Source: Trichosphaerium sp. ATCC 40318 (Eukaryota > Protista > Tubulinea). Taken from it: a stretch of DNA of 64,000 nt. Below are positions 24,991 to 39,419 of this stretch, piece after piece (position 1 is the stretch's first letter; each line of letters starts with the position of its first letter). The stretch is from the NCBI GenBank assembly GCA_038496445.1, contig JALMLS010000311.1:62001-126000 (forward strand), written 5' to 3'. The notes under the pieces were generated by a model. That model ran no database searches. It had not been told where the DNA came from and saw only the letters and a list, made by a program, of their open reading frames with translations. A program made the position numbers and the translations under genes.

Positions 24991-26233
24991 ATGTTGCAAC
25001 GCTTGCGCTGCTTGACGCCATTGAAATGTACGAGCTCCAATGCAAACAATAGTTGATGCTTTTGGATATTTTGTACATACTAACTGTTTAGCCAACTACA
25101 TAAGTGTACAAGCGCCAGTTCGTCACTATAGAGCAGATGCCTCAGAGGTGAGGCCAGGAGAGATCATCAAATACAAAGGTAAGCGCGCAGAGCGCATACT
25201 ACACGTTATCAGCAGAAAAAAAATATAGTAGCGTCAAATTTGAGTTATGATCGCCCGACGCTACCACTACGCGTAGCCATGCCACCAACACAAAATTAAC
25301 GCTATTTGGCAGGAAAGCTGTTAGAAATCTTAAAGCATGCGAAATCAGGCTCACGAGGCCGTGGACAAGCAGTCATACAAGTACGTGGACTGCTACTTAA
25401 TTATGGTGTAAACTTCTGACATTGCTAGATGAATGTCAAAGATGTCAGAAATGGTAATAGATCCCTTGAACGTTTCAGAACAAACCAAACACTCGATAGT
25501 ACGTCGCAAAGCATGCAAAATAAGGCCTAACACAATGATAGTGGCGGAAACTGAAACGTACACTTGCAGATACGTCAAGCGCGCAGGCAAGAACCTTGAA
25601 TTTTCAGCAAAAGGTCTTTCAAAAGCAGTTCTTATCCCACGGAATATGATTGGAGGCAAATCATCCTACTTGATACGTGCGTGCAGTCTTCACCTGGATC
25701 CAACAGCTGACAGATTAATGATAGCTAAACGAGCTATTATCGTAAGTTTTCTTGAAGATGAAAGTGGCAATGGAAAATTAGAGCCTTTAAGTTGGCGGTG
25801 GCCAAACGGCAAGGATAAAAGTGTGTGGACGGTAAAATCAGCGCCAATTGCTGACGCTGGTAATTCAACCGATGGCCAAACGTGAGCGTCATCACTTTTC
25901 CCAGTTATCAGTTAAAACGTTTCTAACGACTTGTTGCAGCAAGAAAGAAGTAGTTCTAGAAAATGGCATGGAGGTACATTCTTTATTAGTCACGTGCACT
26001 TGTTAATTATTGACGCATCGGTATAGATCATAGTACCTCACTTTGTGAATACAGGCGAAAAGATTGTTATAAATATGAAGAGGGATGCATATCTTAGAAA
26101 GGCCACACACGCGGATGAGGATAAACAAAAAGAGGATGAAGAAGACGACGAAGATGACATGGACGATGATGAAGATGAAGACGATGATGATGATTATGAG
26201 TATGAGGATGAGGAAGAAGAGGATGACGACTAG
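24991..26233 (+). CDS. efp: Bacterial-type elongation factor P, probably mitochondrion-targeted, with an acidic tail
   Basis: Transit-like MLQRLRCLTPLK; ASEVRPGEIIKYKGKLLEI; ERFR; IPRNMIG; KEVVLENGMEIIVPHFVNTGEKIVIN..YLRKA. Confidence 0.85.
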
Positions 26234-26625
26234 CTCAATCTCAAAATGAAAACTTAGACTTCTATTAACCCGCGTAATTTGAGTAAAAAGTGACACTGAG
26301 AATAAAAATCGTACTGTACTTGTAGCTGAAGCCTCAGGAAGTTACTCTTAAACAACGCTTAGCTAAGCAACAACACTTTGCAACATACACTTTAGATTTT
26401 TAACATACGAAACCCACTCACTACACCGACGCGAAAGCACCTTTGCGGTAATAACGCATTTTTCGCTAATCAATTTCTTTTGTGACACGCTATTTACGCA
26501 ATACTTTTATGTCCAAATTCACAGTCTTATTGAATATTACATGAGTTTACATTGAAAGCGTAAAGCACAGTTGATAAAATACTTCAAAATCCATCCCCCA
26601 CGCAATAATCTCTTGTTTTGATCCC

Positions 26626-26966
26626 TTACTTGGAGATAGCGAGTTTGGTCTTTGTACGGCGCCAGTGACGACGTTTTCTGTTGTAAAGATTGTTTCTACA
26701 ATTTCGTTAGATACGAGCTATTAGAGCTTGTCGTTACCTGTTAACACCAGTCTTCATGCGTAGCCAGTTAGGAACAGGTCTGTTTTGCTTGATTTTCTTC
26801 GCTAGGCGGATCTTTTTGTATATAGGTTTACGGGCTCCCTGGGAGATATCAGCGCGATTGAACAATTACGAAGCGAAAAGAGAAAGGTAGAAGGATGGAA
26901 GAAAAACGATAGAAAGCCTGCAAGCTCGCACGGCAACAAACAAAGATGAAACTGTGACCGTACCAT
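26626..26966 (-). CDS. RPL39: 60S ribosomal protein eL39 (not in the ORF track; 3 exons, first exon is ATG only)
   Basis: [57 protein letters not shown]. Confidence 0.95.
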
Positions 26967-27156
26967 ATTGTATTGAGTAAAAACAGGGGTGGATGGTTGA
27001 TTACTCTGGAACAAAAATGCTGGTGAAGGAAAAAGGTTGACATTTGTGCCGAGTCAATTTTTTTTTTTGCAACGTTGACGCTGATTTTTTGGTTTGGCTT
27101 CACTTTCAACTACTTTCTTGCAAACGCCGTTCGTCTAATAACTCTCTAACATAAAA

Positions 27157-28121
27157 ATGTCTTTCTTATTTGATTGGTTCTGGAATACTTTGTCTGCTTT
27201 GGGTCAGTTCTTACCTCTACGGCGCTCTACTCACCCTCCGTTTAGGCCTTTACGCTAAGGATGCCAAAATTGTGTTCTTGGGACTCGACAATGCCGGAAA
27301 AACGACTCTGTTACATATGTTACGCGACAACAGGTTGGCGGTGCATTATCCCACCCAAAAGCCCAGTACGTACCCCGACGCATACGCTATTTTACCACCG
27401 GATCCTGACGACGTTTAAAAAGCCATGGAAGAATTATCAATGGGCACTGTAAAATTTCGAGCTTACGATCTCGGTGGACACGACACAGGTACTGTTTATT
27501 AGATTTATGCTATTCTAAAACTTATTGCAGCGCGTCGTGTCTGGAGAGAATATTACACAGACGTTGACGCTGTCGTATTTTTGGTAGATTCTACTGATCA
27601 AGACAGGTTTATTGAATCCAAAGCTGAACTAGCTGTACGACTACAATTTTTTTGTTTCTCTTTTACTAAATGTTTTATAGGCTCTCTTATCAAGTGACGA
27701 GCTCTCTACTGTACCATTTTTAATATTAGGAAACAAAATCGACCTTCCAGAAGCCGTGTCAGAAATCGATTTGCGTGGCAATCTAGGTCTTCGTCAAACT
27801 TTCGGAAAGGTACGCGGAAAATACTGTTCTAATAAGGGGCAATTTTTTTTTCATCCAAGTGAAAGAAATGCGCTCACGAAGTGTTGTAGCGACTGCCAGT
27901 AACGCTTTTTTTTTTATTTTATTTTTTACTGCTTTGGAAAGTATCTAATAGCTATATAGGGTACTGGTGGTTCTAAGGATAGCGGTGTTCGCCCTATTGA
28001 AGTGTTCATGTGCTCTGTTGTTAAACGACAAGGCTACAAAGAGGGTATTGCATTATTTACGCTTTTTCCTTTGTGTTCATTTTTTACGTTAGGATTCCAA
28101 TGGTTGTCTCAATTCATTTAA
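27157..28121 (+). CDS. SAR1: Small GTPase Sar1 (COPII)
   Basis: [59 protein letters not shown]. Confidence 0.97.
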
Positions 28122-28474
28122 TTCTTTCTTGCATTCAATTTTACTACAGCGTTAATCGCTGAGCACAGTGTACAAATATGTAAAATTGCGGCGTCAATGG
28201 CGTCATAAACTCAATATTTTGTTAGAGAATGCGCACTACTTTATGCCACGTGACTGTGGTTTTTTTTTTTTGAAGAACGCTGACAACTAGAAAACTACTT
28301 GCAAAACGTACTCAACCAACCTTATTCTAATGTTAACAGTTTGTGTCACCACACAATGATTAATTAGCCTTTGCCACTATCAAACTTGTCTGTTTTGGTT
28401 GTTTTATTAAGCAATAATTATTATTTATTTAATATTAATGTGCGCCAAGTTTTATTTATGAACAAAGTACGAGG

Positions 28475-30877
28475 TTAGAACGGTGTAGCCCAAACAGCTA
28501 GTTTAAAATCTACAGATGGAGCTGTTGCAGGAGCGAAAGGGCTCATATGTACCAAAATGTAGTACGTCATAACAAGTGGAGCATCCCTTTTTTAATGTTA
28601 GTATGAACAGCTGAACTATTTTCTTTATGACGTACTTATGAATTGCGATACGGTGCATGGCACTAGTTTCTTGATCTGCTTTATCGTGTATTTGGGCTGT
28701 AGGGTATGTAGCTTCAGAGACATAAACCCAAACAGCGCCAGAAGTAGAAATTTCCTTTACGAGTGTCTAATATAACCAGTCAGACGAAATCACTTCTGAA
28801 AAGCACAACAAGTACGAACCTCAAGTGATGAGCTATTTGTTGTGACAACGTAGTACTTGTTCTCATCTCTTTTAACATTACCAACAACAGTGCTACCAAT
28901 TTCAAGAGCTTCATTGAGACCTACAAAATAAGAGTCACAAACAACTCTACTTCTTAAACGCAACTAATAATTACGCACGTGTGCTGCAATCTTCGCCAGT
29001 ATAGTGTTCTTCACATGTGCATTTTCCTTCCGCATTACACTCTCCGTGTTGACTGCAAGCATTTGGACATACTACTGTTGTGTATACGCGTAGTTTGTAT
29101 TCACATTGCTTGTAACCATACACACCAATATACCATTCGCTGTTTCCAGGGTATGATACTTCAACATTGGTAATATTTTCTAGAAAAGATTGATAAATAA
29201 AAGAGACCTTACTTGTTATTACGATAAACACATATTTGTTTTTTAAACGCACTTGTCATTATATTTCTGGCGTCGTATGTACCCAACGATGGTTTTGTTT
29301 CTTGACGTACGTATACATCGCAATCCTAGATCAAATACATTAAGGTTGACGAAATATAAATAAAAAAAAGATGAAGCATGGATACGTACCTGCGCAAGAT
29401 CACTTTTTGTGTGATTGACCTAAAGATGATTTTAAGTTTCTTGAAGTTTACTGCTTTGTACAAAGACGTACGTTAATGATCAAGTTGGCTGCTGTAGCGC
29501 TATTATACACCCAGTAGTTCCAAGATGACTTCTCAACAAAACCGTCCACTACTTTATTCTCTACAAGTGGTACGGTGCTCGTGTCGCAAGTTTCGCCTAC
29601 AAATCCTACGGCGCAATCACAAGTTGCTCCAATACATCTACCGTGATAAGAGCACTCGTTTGGACAGGATTCCTCTAAACCCCAAAAAAATTAATATCGA
29701 ATCAGTACGTGCTAACGAAAGCGCACCTGTTGTTTGAATATGTGTAGTAAACGAGGAGTCTTTAAACGCGTAGTAATAAATGTACCAATCTCCAATAGCT
29801 GGTTCAGCAACTGAGATTGTAAAGTTATCGTTAATGCTGATATCTCTTGAGTTCCAGTGGTATCTAACATTTGTTTAGCCACACGCGTGATCTTTTGTTT
29901 TGGGATTAGTTTTGTTACTTACTTTCCACCAAAGTAGCCATAGTTTGCGTATACATCTACATCTGAACCGTGAGTTTCTTCTACGTCAATTCTAAACCGC
30001 ATTAAAAAATCTTTCAAGTAAAAGAAGGCGTGAGAATTACTTTAAGACGTTTCCGCTCATTATTGTAGTATGAATGTAAAGACCTTCGTGTTTTCCAAGG
30101 TGGTATTGAGTAGCTTCAGATTTTGCTTCCTCTACACGGAACGAGCAATTCTGGCTTGGGCCATACCCTTTTGATGCTGTAAGTACAATATTGGTGTACT
30201 CTATTAAATGTACCTTCTTGGCAGTTACAACGTCCGTTGTTGCATGTGCCGCGACCTGAACAGTCATTTTCGCAGCCAACACCACCTGCTTTGTACTGTT
30301 AACACGACATTAGAGCGAGTTTATAGCAGTACCAGTGGTGATAATCCTAATGTCAAAATGCGTGTCTTTGAAGCCAAATATGCCTATTTTGTATGTACCA
30401 GCCACATGTGGGTCAACATCGAGAGTCACGTTTGATTTCAACGAGCGATCAGTTACAAGATAATTCGAGTTGCTAGGGTAATCGTTGATATGCACGTAAA
30501 CGTCAGCGTCTCCTTCGCCGTGTTGTACAACGTTAACAGCAAAAGCTATTCCAGCAGGGTTTTCGTAGATGTAGTACTCCCACTGAGAGTGTTTGACGTG
30601 TTCCATGGCTATAATACAAAAATTCAACGACACGTTAGTGTAATTGTAGATGAGTACCTAGAGGCGTGTTTGAGATGTTGGTAAAGTCTAACTACGTTAG
30701 CGAAAATGCATGCGACAACTCAGACGTACGAAATGAGCAATCGTTGCCGTCATATTGGGCTTGGCATTCACACACTCCATTATTACAATTTCCATGGTTG
30801 GAGCACTCTGCTGGGCAACTTTGGCCGTGTGCCGCTCCACAGATAAGGGAGAAAGCAAATAAAAGTGCTAGGATCAT
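28475..30877 (-). CDS. Secreted EGF-like / PPC-like repeat protein
   Basis: Signal peptide; CPxxCSxHGxC..CxC..YxGxDCS EGF units alternate with beta domains carrying DxDVYV and WYIGVYG motifs. Confidence 0.85.
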
Positions 30878-31003
30878 TGTAGACAAGTTTCTCACGTTTT
30901 CAAGATAACAATAAACTGCACGTTCAAAATTTTTGCTTGACTTTCAAAGACGTGTGTACAAAACTTACGCTGCTAATAACTTCGACTCAAGAGGCATTTA
31001 ACG

Positions 31004-31588
31004 ATGGATTTGGATATTTACCAGGCCATGTTCGGCGTGGCCAGAGTATACGTGCTTAGTTTTCGTTCCATTATGCATTGTGTAGCTTTCTCGGCATGTA
31101 GTGGCACAGACGAACTAAGCCGCCATTTCACGCAATCAGGTTAAAAACGTTATTGATAGTTTTTTTTGCTCAGTGAGGTTAGTGGCTTTCCGTCTACATG
31201 AAGAATACCTTGGAAGAGTGCGTATTTGAGTATTTGTTACGCGATTTAACAACAAACAACTAGATTGCGTACTTAGGGCACAGCCTCACCATGGCCGCAC
31301 TAGAAACAGGCGCAATATTTTGTTCAGAGTCCACTAGAAAGGTACTGAACGCTCAAGTGTGACATGTTTCTCTAACACGTTCAGACCGTCATGCAAGCCA
31401 CATTTTTCATGCGTGCTTCAAGTTTCGCATTGTTTTACATATTTCCATTTACGCCATGGGGCTACAGCGAAAGAATACTGGAACCAGGCTTAAGCCTACC
31501 TCGATTTCTTGTAGGCTTGTTGGATATATACAATTTACTGACAGGGTATTATTGGGGATTTACATTTCAAGATGAGCAAGAGGAGTGA
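31004..31588 (+). CDS. Small hypothetical membrane protein
   Basis: Four exons splice in frame: MDLDIYQAMFGVARVY..YYWGFTFQDEQEE*. Confidence 0.55.
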
Positions 31589-31676
31589 TACAATAGAAAA
31601 AATGGGACGGGAAGCAACAAGGAGGGCTTCTTTGTGCTTTCCGGTTTTTTTATTTTTATTTTTTGTAGATTTGTAT

Positions 31677-34600
31677 TTACGCGCAATACTCGAGTTCTTG
31701 CTTGATGGTATGGTCGTCCCAGTCATATCGTAACACAAAATTTGGTGTCTTATCCTTCATTAAAACATTCAGAGCAGACATTGATTGTCGCCTGAAAGCA
31801 GCCAAAACATCGTCTAAAAGGTTATTATTATTTACAGTAGTTTTTGATATTTCAGTTTGTACCTCTAATTGGTTCTGGGTTGAAATCATCAGGGTTGAAG
31901 TTCTCAACAAGTTGACGTATTTGGACTACAAAGCTGGTTTAGTTTTTTTTTGAAGTGCTTAAAGATTGTACAGTACCTTCATTCAATGTTGGACAAATTG
32001 CTTTAGAGCACTCCTCTTCTAGTAGACTTTGTTTGTTGGGTAGCATAATGACATTGATTACGTCTATGAGGCCACGTAATAGTCTAAGGGAAAATGGTTT
32101 TAGAGTTTGATTTTTTTTTTTTGGTGTTGCTTACGTTCGTTTACTATCTCTGAGGATATCTTTATAAATACGTTCCCTGTTTAAAGTGTTTTCAAATTCA
32201 CTTATCTTCATTTTCATTGTCAGTACACGCCCATAGGTACATAGAGTGTCTGAACTGCGTAAAAAAGTGAGAATCACGTGTTATGTTAGGATTTTTTTTG
32301 TACTTGAACATCTTGTTACAGAGTGCAGAGTTGATGACGTCAAAGACATATCCAAATAGAGATTTTATAAATGTGTAAAATATTCTGTTACGCTTCATTG
32401 TTGTCAATAAGGTCGTTAGAGCGCTTGTAAGGCCTTTAATATCTCCATTTTTTCTACGTATCTTACTTTAATAATTTACGTTATGAAGATAATAACATAC
32501 GCTGTAAATGCCAATATAGCTTTGTTCCGAATTTCTCTTATAAATGTACCTAATAACATCGCTGCAAAAGAATTATGAGAGACAAGAATTGAGGAAGAGG
32601 AACTTACAAAATATTGTATCAAGGAGTAGAACCAACTGCTTTTTTTGTGCTTCTAATCCTGTATCTGTCCTTGTCTCCCATCTCACTCGAAGGAATGTTA
32701 CAGCTGATATCCAGTAACATAATCGAGAGTATCGGGAGTGGTAAGGCTATTGAGCATAAGTATTAGAAAAAAACCCCAATAACACTGACCTGATCACAAA
32801 CTCTGTTAATAGCTTTTGTCACAGATTCAATAATGTCTTTTGCTATTTTATCATCATTTACAATCTGTCCTACAGCTGATGGTTCCAATTTATCTGTAAA
32901 ATCATACTTTGACCAATATACAGCGTTAGTAACAATCTCGTTTAATTCTGCTTGTTTTTTTAATGCTGCATTTTCTTCTTTGTATTTTTTCAGGCTTGAT
33001 TCTGTTTCAAAAACTCTAAACATTTATTAGTTCGTTAATCTTGATTTAACAAGCGTACTGTCTTCTTAGTGATGATACGTTTTGATTCAAATCTTTTATT
33101 TGAGCCATTGACTCTAGTAGCCCATGTGATGTTTCTTCCGTGTTTGAGTTGCCATTCGTGCTGCTAAGCTGGAGCCTTACAGATCTCGTTGGAGCCCTTA
33201 AAAAATTAGCAAAAAAGCGAAGAGCTTAAGTTGGACTAGGACTAGTACATGTGCTTTCTTGATGGACTGTCTGGTGGTTTATCTTTCAGCTCATTTGCTA
33301 ATTAAATATGTCAACACATTAACACGGAAAGAAGCACTAATTAATTACGTGCCTCTTGATTTACCTGGTATGGATAGACGTCTGTTTTTATGGAATTTTA
33401 TAGTGGTCGGCTTTGATTCCTGTAACAACGTAAGGAAAGGTTTGTATCTTTGACGAAACTGTTTTTTTTTTCGTTAAAGAAAGCACTAACCTTTGGCTCA
33501 TCTTTATCTCCTTCTGGGCTTTCACCAGTGCCTATTAGTTTTAGATAAGTGGATAGTATTTTCATACAAATGAACGCACTTATGTTTTCAATAAATAGGT
33601 TTGTATGTCTTCTTCCCAGATTGTCTTGGTTACGTACAGCTTTTTTCCTTCTTCCACTGGCAGATACAGTTAAGCTATGTTTTATCTTTTTACCATTCTC
33701 TCCGTTCTCTTTTGGGTCTTCGGTATCGTGGTGCTTCGCTTTTTTTATTTCTTTTTTCAAAGTAGAATTTTCTCTACGTAAATATTCGATTGTGTTTCTC
33801 ATTGATGCGGCATCATTGGTAGTAGAATCGCTCTATTCTCTCTGTTAATACTCATAGATGTAAATAATTTTTAAACTTACCATTATCTCGCCTTGAGACA
33901 TCTCAAAGGTATCATCAGTAATTGTCTCTCTGGCCTTGACTGCATTCGCTTTCTCTTTCTTATATTTACGTAGCTTCTTGTCAAAGAATTCTACAATTTG
34001 CAGTGTTAATGTTTTGTTATTTTCAAGCAATCTGTAGTTGTGATATACCTATACTTTGCTTTGCTTGCTCTAATTGTATATTCTTTGCTTCTAATTCATT
34101 TTCTAAGGCAACAATTTTCTTTTGTAGAGTTTCACTGCCTTCGTTATTTTCTGATTTCTTAAGTGACGTAGACTCATCTAGATTACCTTAGAGAAAAATT
34201 CTAGTAAATATCCATTACCTTCAATTGATCCAGTGTAAGTGTGTCTTTCGGTTGGCTAAGGGAAAGGTTCAAAAAAAAAAGCACGTGACTATCATGTGAT
34301 TTTGAAATGATTCTTTGAGTTTTTTTTTTTTGATAAGTACGTCAATAGCTTGGGTTATATCCTCATACCGACCAAATAATTTATCTCCACCTTCTTCAAC
34401 TAAAGAGATGTGAATACAAAATAGTTAAAAACCCAAGGTAAGAGAAACGCCTTACTCTCTTGAAATTCAACGCTTTTCTGTTCCTTGCTCTTGTCGCTAT
34501 TTCATGTTTTAATACGGGCGCATAAATATTAGAGAGCGTTTATACATACCTTACAATACGTAACGCGCCAATCTTTAAGTATTGGGACTTTACTCGGAAC

Positions 34601-35601
34601 TTTTAAAAACAAAATTTAGTTTCACATCATAATCGCACAGTCAAAAATAGGCAATGTGAGATTTCTTTTTCAAAAAAAATCAATTTTCTACCTATGCACT
34701 CACCAGTAACATTATTTTTTTCTTTTTTGATAACCTAACACTATATATCTCATTCTCCATCTCTTTCTGACCGATATACTGTGTCAAGTCAAAACGCGCT
34801 TTACCAAGAGAGCCATGCTTAGATTGTCCAGCAATATTCTTCTTTTCCCATTGAATCTGTATAACATAAGCACACAAAGGAGCGATACACAAATTATTCA
34901 ACAATACAAGAAAAATACATATTAATGGGCAAAGTTTTATGCCGATACTTCTTTTTTAACTAGCCACGTGCGTCCTACGTGTAAAAAAGGGAAAAAAAAA
35001 TCCAGTAGGTTTTCAAAGCCCAAAATAAGCGTTAACGCCAATCTATCCGGGCAAACAACATCGCCTTTTTGTTATATACTCGAGTTGGAAGTTTATCGAT
35101 AGTTAACGCAAGTTACGCGCAACGTCGTTCGCAGTAAAACGCACATGTTGTTTTTTTTGTTCTTTTTTTTCAATTGTTAAATAAAACGTGCCTGTTTTAG
35201 CTCGAACGTGATGAACTTCGGTTCAAATGTTTTGGTTCCAGCATCTCGAAACAAGTTCACGTCAAATATAATTTTCTCTTCCCACATAGCCTCCTTTCGC
35301 TTCTCTAGCACTCTTTTCGTTTTACCGCTCGTATTACCACGACGCCATGCGACATAGAGATGAGCAGTGTTTCTCTTTGGTATGTTTATTACTTTCTTTA
35401 TCCAAATCTTAAGAAGAATCGTTATGTTATAGTTGTAAAACCAAATAATAGAGTTACCTCGTACTGTACTTTGCATCGTTCTCTTTCTCCAGGTTTACCG
35501 CCACCCATACGCTTAATCACGTTGCTTGCCGTGACGACTGAATTCCGGCGTTTGTGTTTACCTCCCTTGGAGGACTTTATTTTTGGTATGTCCTTGGACA
35601 T
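31677..35601 (-). CDS. NT-C2 (EEIG1/EHBP1-type) + coiled-coil + Dilute(DIL)-like domain protein
   Basis: LYVAWRRGNTSGKTK..AMWEEKI..FEPKFITFELKQ..LGKARFDLTQY; long coiled coil; LCYWIS..LFGYVFDVINSALCNKM..CPTLNE..LVNLL. Confidence 0.7.
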
Positions 35602-35763
35602 GGTTACTTGCGCAAATAGTAAGTACGCAGTAACAGCTCAAGTATCACGTGTGCGGAAAACTCAATTAAGTTACACATGTTAAGTAATACTCGCTAGCGC
35701 TGTTTATACTCCAAGTACTGTAAATACGTACCTGTTAATGGTTTTTGGACAATACTGAATACT

Positions 35764-38700
35764 ATGAGCGCTCCAGAAGAAAAGGACGAGTCACCAACCG
35801 TTCCCGAGGTTGAAACCGAAACGAAAGACGAAACTAAAGACGAGACAAAACAAGTTGAAAAGGAAGAAAAACCTGAAGAGACAACAGAAGAGCCGTCAGA
35901 ACCGCCTACCGACGTAAAAAAGAGTACAAAAGGCTCAAAGAGCTCGAGAGGTGCTTCTAAGGGAAAATCAAGCAAACAAAAGACGTCTGAGCGTAGTGAA
36001 ACGCAAAAGGAGCAATCGTCAAATAAAGGAACCCAATCCCCAACCGCAGAATTCCCTTTTAGCGCAGGCGAAGCTGGCGTATGGAAGCTGGTACTGTCCC
36101 TTTTTAAATTGACAAGCCTAGTTAACTGCTTCTTTAGGTTTTTCCTCATTTAAGCGTACATGACACCGTAGTATTTGCGCGTGCAAGTTCTGCTACGCAC
36201 AAACTTTGCTTTTCGAACGATGTGTGGAAGTATCTCGTTTCTTTGGACGGTTGGCCAATGAAAGAGCTCGGTACAACGATTTATCGCTTATTGTCGCTAA
36301 TTTAAGCGCTAGAGGCTTGGTTTTCGAAACAATGTAGACGTTCACCACAAAATGCAATCTCTTTTTGGCATACGGCATACAAAACCCTAAAGCAACAGAT
36401 ACCAAGAGTGTCAACAGGTGGTAAAATTATGTGGGTATGTTGTCGACAACAATAGCAGCGTTGATAGCTTACTGTGCGGCTAGGATTTATACGGTGAGTT
36501 ATTTACAGATACCCCTGACCTCATTGAGTGGGATGATGATCACGTAGCAGGAACATGTACGTTTTAGAAGTGATTCCACTATGAGCCTTTATACTTGCCT
36601 GTTCTGGCACTCAGACATTTTTAATGGCAATAAAGAGAACGCTCTGACTTTTTTTTTGTAGATTTACCTGTGCCTAAATATGCATCTATTGATGGTTTGG
36701 TGTGGTTCCTTACAGCACCTGCTCATATTACACGTAAAGTATCAGTACAAAATCTCGCAGATATGGACAGGAAAAGATATAAAACATTTGGAGCAACAGG
36801 TACCAAAGCAAACTAATCAAGTACTTAATGATGACTTACTTTTTTTGTAGACATTCTATCAGTCCACATCTTCTTTAAATACAGTCTCGCTAATTTCCAC
36901 TCTGCGAACATTCTATCGTTCCTTGTAAAGAGATACAGAACACCATCACAGTTCAGTCTAAGGACTGAAAAATTATCACCACTACAGGAAGAAATTGTTC
37001 GATCCCGGTTCGTATTTTTGAATCAAATTGAACACCACGAGCAATGTTTTTTGAATTTGTATTTACTTACCTTCTTGTTAGTGTTGTAGCTTTGATACGG
37101 TATTGGTTGAACAACTACAAGTGCAATGAACTATCAGACACCTGCGATAAAGCACTCCGTGAAGTATGGGATGCACAATGGAATAGTTTACTTGACATTA
37201 CTACAAGCGAGCAACGCCAGCAATTGAATGAAGCAAAAGGTTTCGCAGTAAGTACACATTCTAGCAAACGCCATTCTCAAGTGTTGTAGATTAAGATGGC
37301 TAATGCTACGCAACGTCAAAGAGACCGTAAATGGTCTGTAGCTGATGATAATTACTTCAGCAAAGCACCTATACCACCAATGCCAGAAGAACAAAGTCTT
37401 CACGTCTTTTAAAGACATCTGGTGCAGTTATATTAGCATACTCAGCTGAGGAGATAGCAAGACAATTATGTATTCTATACCACGATAGGTACGTGTTGTC
37501 CCACTCCACAGAGACAACACTTAGTCGTTTTCCTTGTTTCTTTTTTTTTGTATCCTTTTTCTCATTTTTTTTTGTAGATTCAGAAAAATAGATGTAAATT
37601 CAGTGCTCGACTATGTAAATGCGGAAGACGGTGATGCCAAGAAAGCAACACCTATTGGCATGTTTATGACCCAATTAGATAAGGTACGTGCTCTTATACG
37701 TCTGTTTGTTATTTGCTAACACATCTTCTGTAGTTAGCTCTTTGGACACGTAATCAAGTGCTTAAAGGTAACAAAGCAAAAGGAAGAGCTAAAGTTCTGA
37801 CACATGTCATAAAAATAGCAAGGGTAAAATAGATCTCACATTACATTTGTTTTGTTCTAACATTGTTGTAGGCATGTGCTACCATGAACAACTATGCTTG
37901 TGTTTTAGCAATCATCAAGGGTTTGAAGTCTAACACAATGATGAATCTTAAGAAGTCATGGAGTGTACGGTGGCTCGTCTTTCTCCTCTTGAACCTTAAC
38001 TTTGTTTTTTTTTTTTTTTTGCTTGTTCTTACGGTGTTTTCGTGTAGCTTATCAAACGTACATCAACGTTTAAGGCGTTCAAGGAGCTAGAGTCACTATT
38101 AAGTAAGCCAAAAGACTTACAAGCTGCTATTACTACTGCTTTGCAGCAAGAACATCCTGGCGTTGCACCAATTGGTATGAACAGTTGCAGACCTTTTGTC
38201 TTTGCATTTATAATGATTAGGTGCAATTGTATTTAATCTCAAGGATACTCTGAGCGGAGAGGACTTTGTTAAAGGTATGTTATTGAATAACAATAAAAAA
38301 ACTTGGTTGAGTAATAATGTTACTAGGGAACATGTTCAATTTCGCCAAGTATGCTAGTGTATGGTATAGTATATACGGACTATATGTATGGCAAATACGA
38401 CCATACAATCTCATCCGTGTATCACCTCTTCTTAGCTTGATAAAGAAGCTTGAGCTGGTACAAATTACAGAAACGTTTGTGGCAGAAGTAACTAATGGGT
38501 TATTTAGGAGGACGACTTAAGCCAAGATGCAAAGGAATCTGCAATGTCGGAAGAAGCATCTGAACAACCAGGTAAAGCAACTGGTAAAGGACCAAGTGGA
38601 GGTCTTAAAGAGTCCAAGAAGAGCAAGAAAAAGAGCTCTTCAAGTAAGAAGAAAGGAGAAGTTTCTCCAAAGGAATCTGGAAAGGGCGAGGCTACTAAAG

Positions 38701-39419
38701 GCGGTGATAAACAAGTAGTACCTCCAAGAGCATCTTTGATTGCAGAAGACGAAGATGTTGAACCTGAGGATAAGAAAGAGGTTGCTAATGAAGAAACGCC
38801 TGAAAAAGATGATGATGGTAAAGAAAAGGAGGAAAAAGAAGCTGAAGCCAAAGAAGATGAAGCCAAAGAAGACGAAGAAGGAGAAGAAGCTGCTCCTAAA
38901 CCTGAAGAAAAGGAACCTGAGAAACAAGAAGAAGAAACTGCCGAAGCAGGCGAAGAGGATGAAGAAGCTGCCAAAGATGCCAAGGTTGCTAAGCCTTCAC
39001 CAAAGGTAGATAAGAAAAAAGCTGCTGCTGATAAGAAGAAAGCAGATGCTGAACGTAAAAAAGCCGAAAAAGCTGAAAAGAAGAAAAAACAGGCAGAAAA
39101 GAAAGCTTTGAAAAAAGCTGCTTCGAAAAAACGAAGTAAGAAGCCTGATAAGAAAGTAGAAGAGAAACCTAAGGATGAGAACGCAGAAGGCGAAGATATA
39201 GTTGTAGACGAGCCTGAAGAAGGTCAAGAAACAAAAGAAAAGGCAGAAGAGGACGCTGAAGAAGTAGCTGTAGAGAAGGACGCTGAAGAAGAACAACCAG
39301 CTGAAGATGCTGGTGAAGTACAAGACAAGCCGTCTGAGGATACAGGCACTGAAGATAAGAAGGAAGAAAAAGCTGAGGAGGCTAAACCTGAAGAGGAGAA
39401 AGAAGAAGACAAAGAGTAA
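35764..39419 (+). CDS. RasGEF (REM + CDC25) protein with charged low-complexity termini
   Basis: RVVALIRYWLNNY; YSAEEIARQLCIL; RAKVLTHVIKIA..MNNYACVLAIIKGL; NMFNFAKY; long E/K-rich tail. Confidence 0.85.

Noticed and set aside
27810-27960. Possible intronic snoRNA in the long SAR1 intron
   Set aside because: No clear C/D or H/ACA boxes, only a weak A/T-rich hairpin.
37550-37560. GTATCCTTT resembling a U12 donor
   Set aside because: Lies inside an ordinary GTACGT..TAG intron whose removal already keeps frame.
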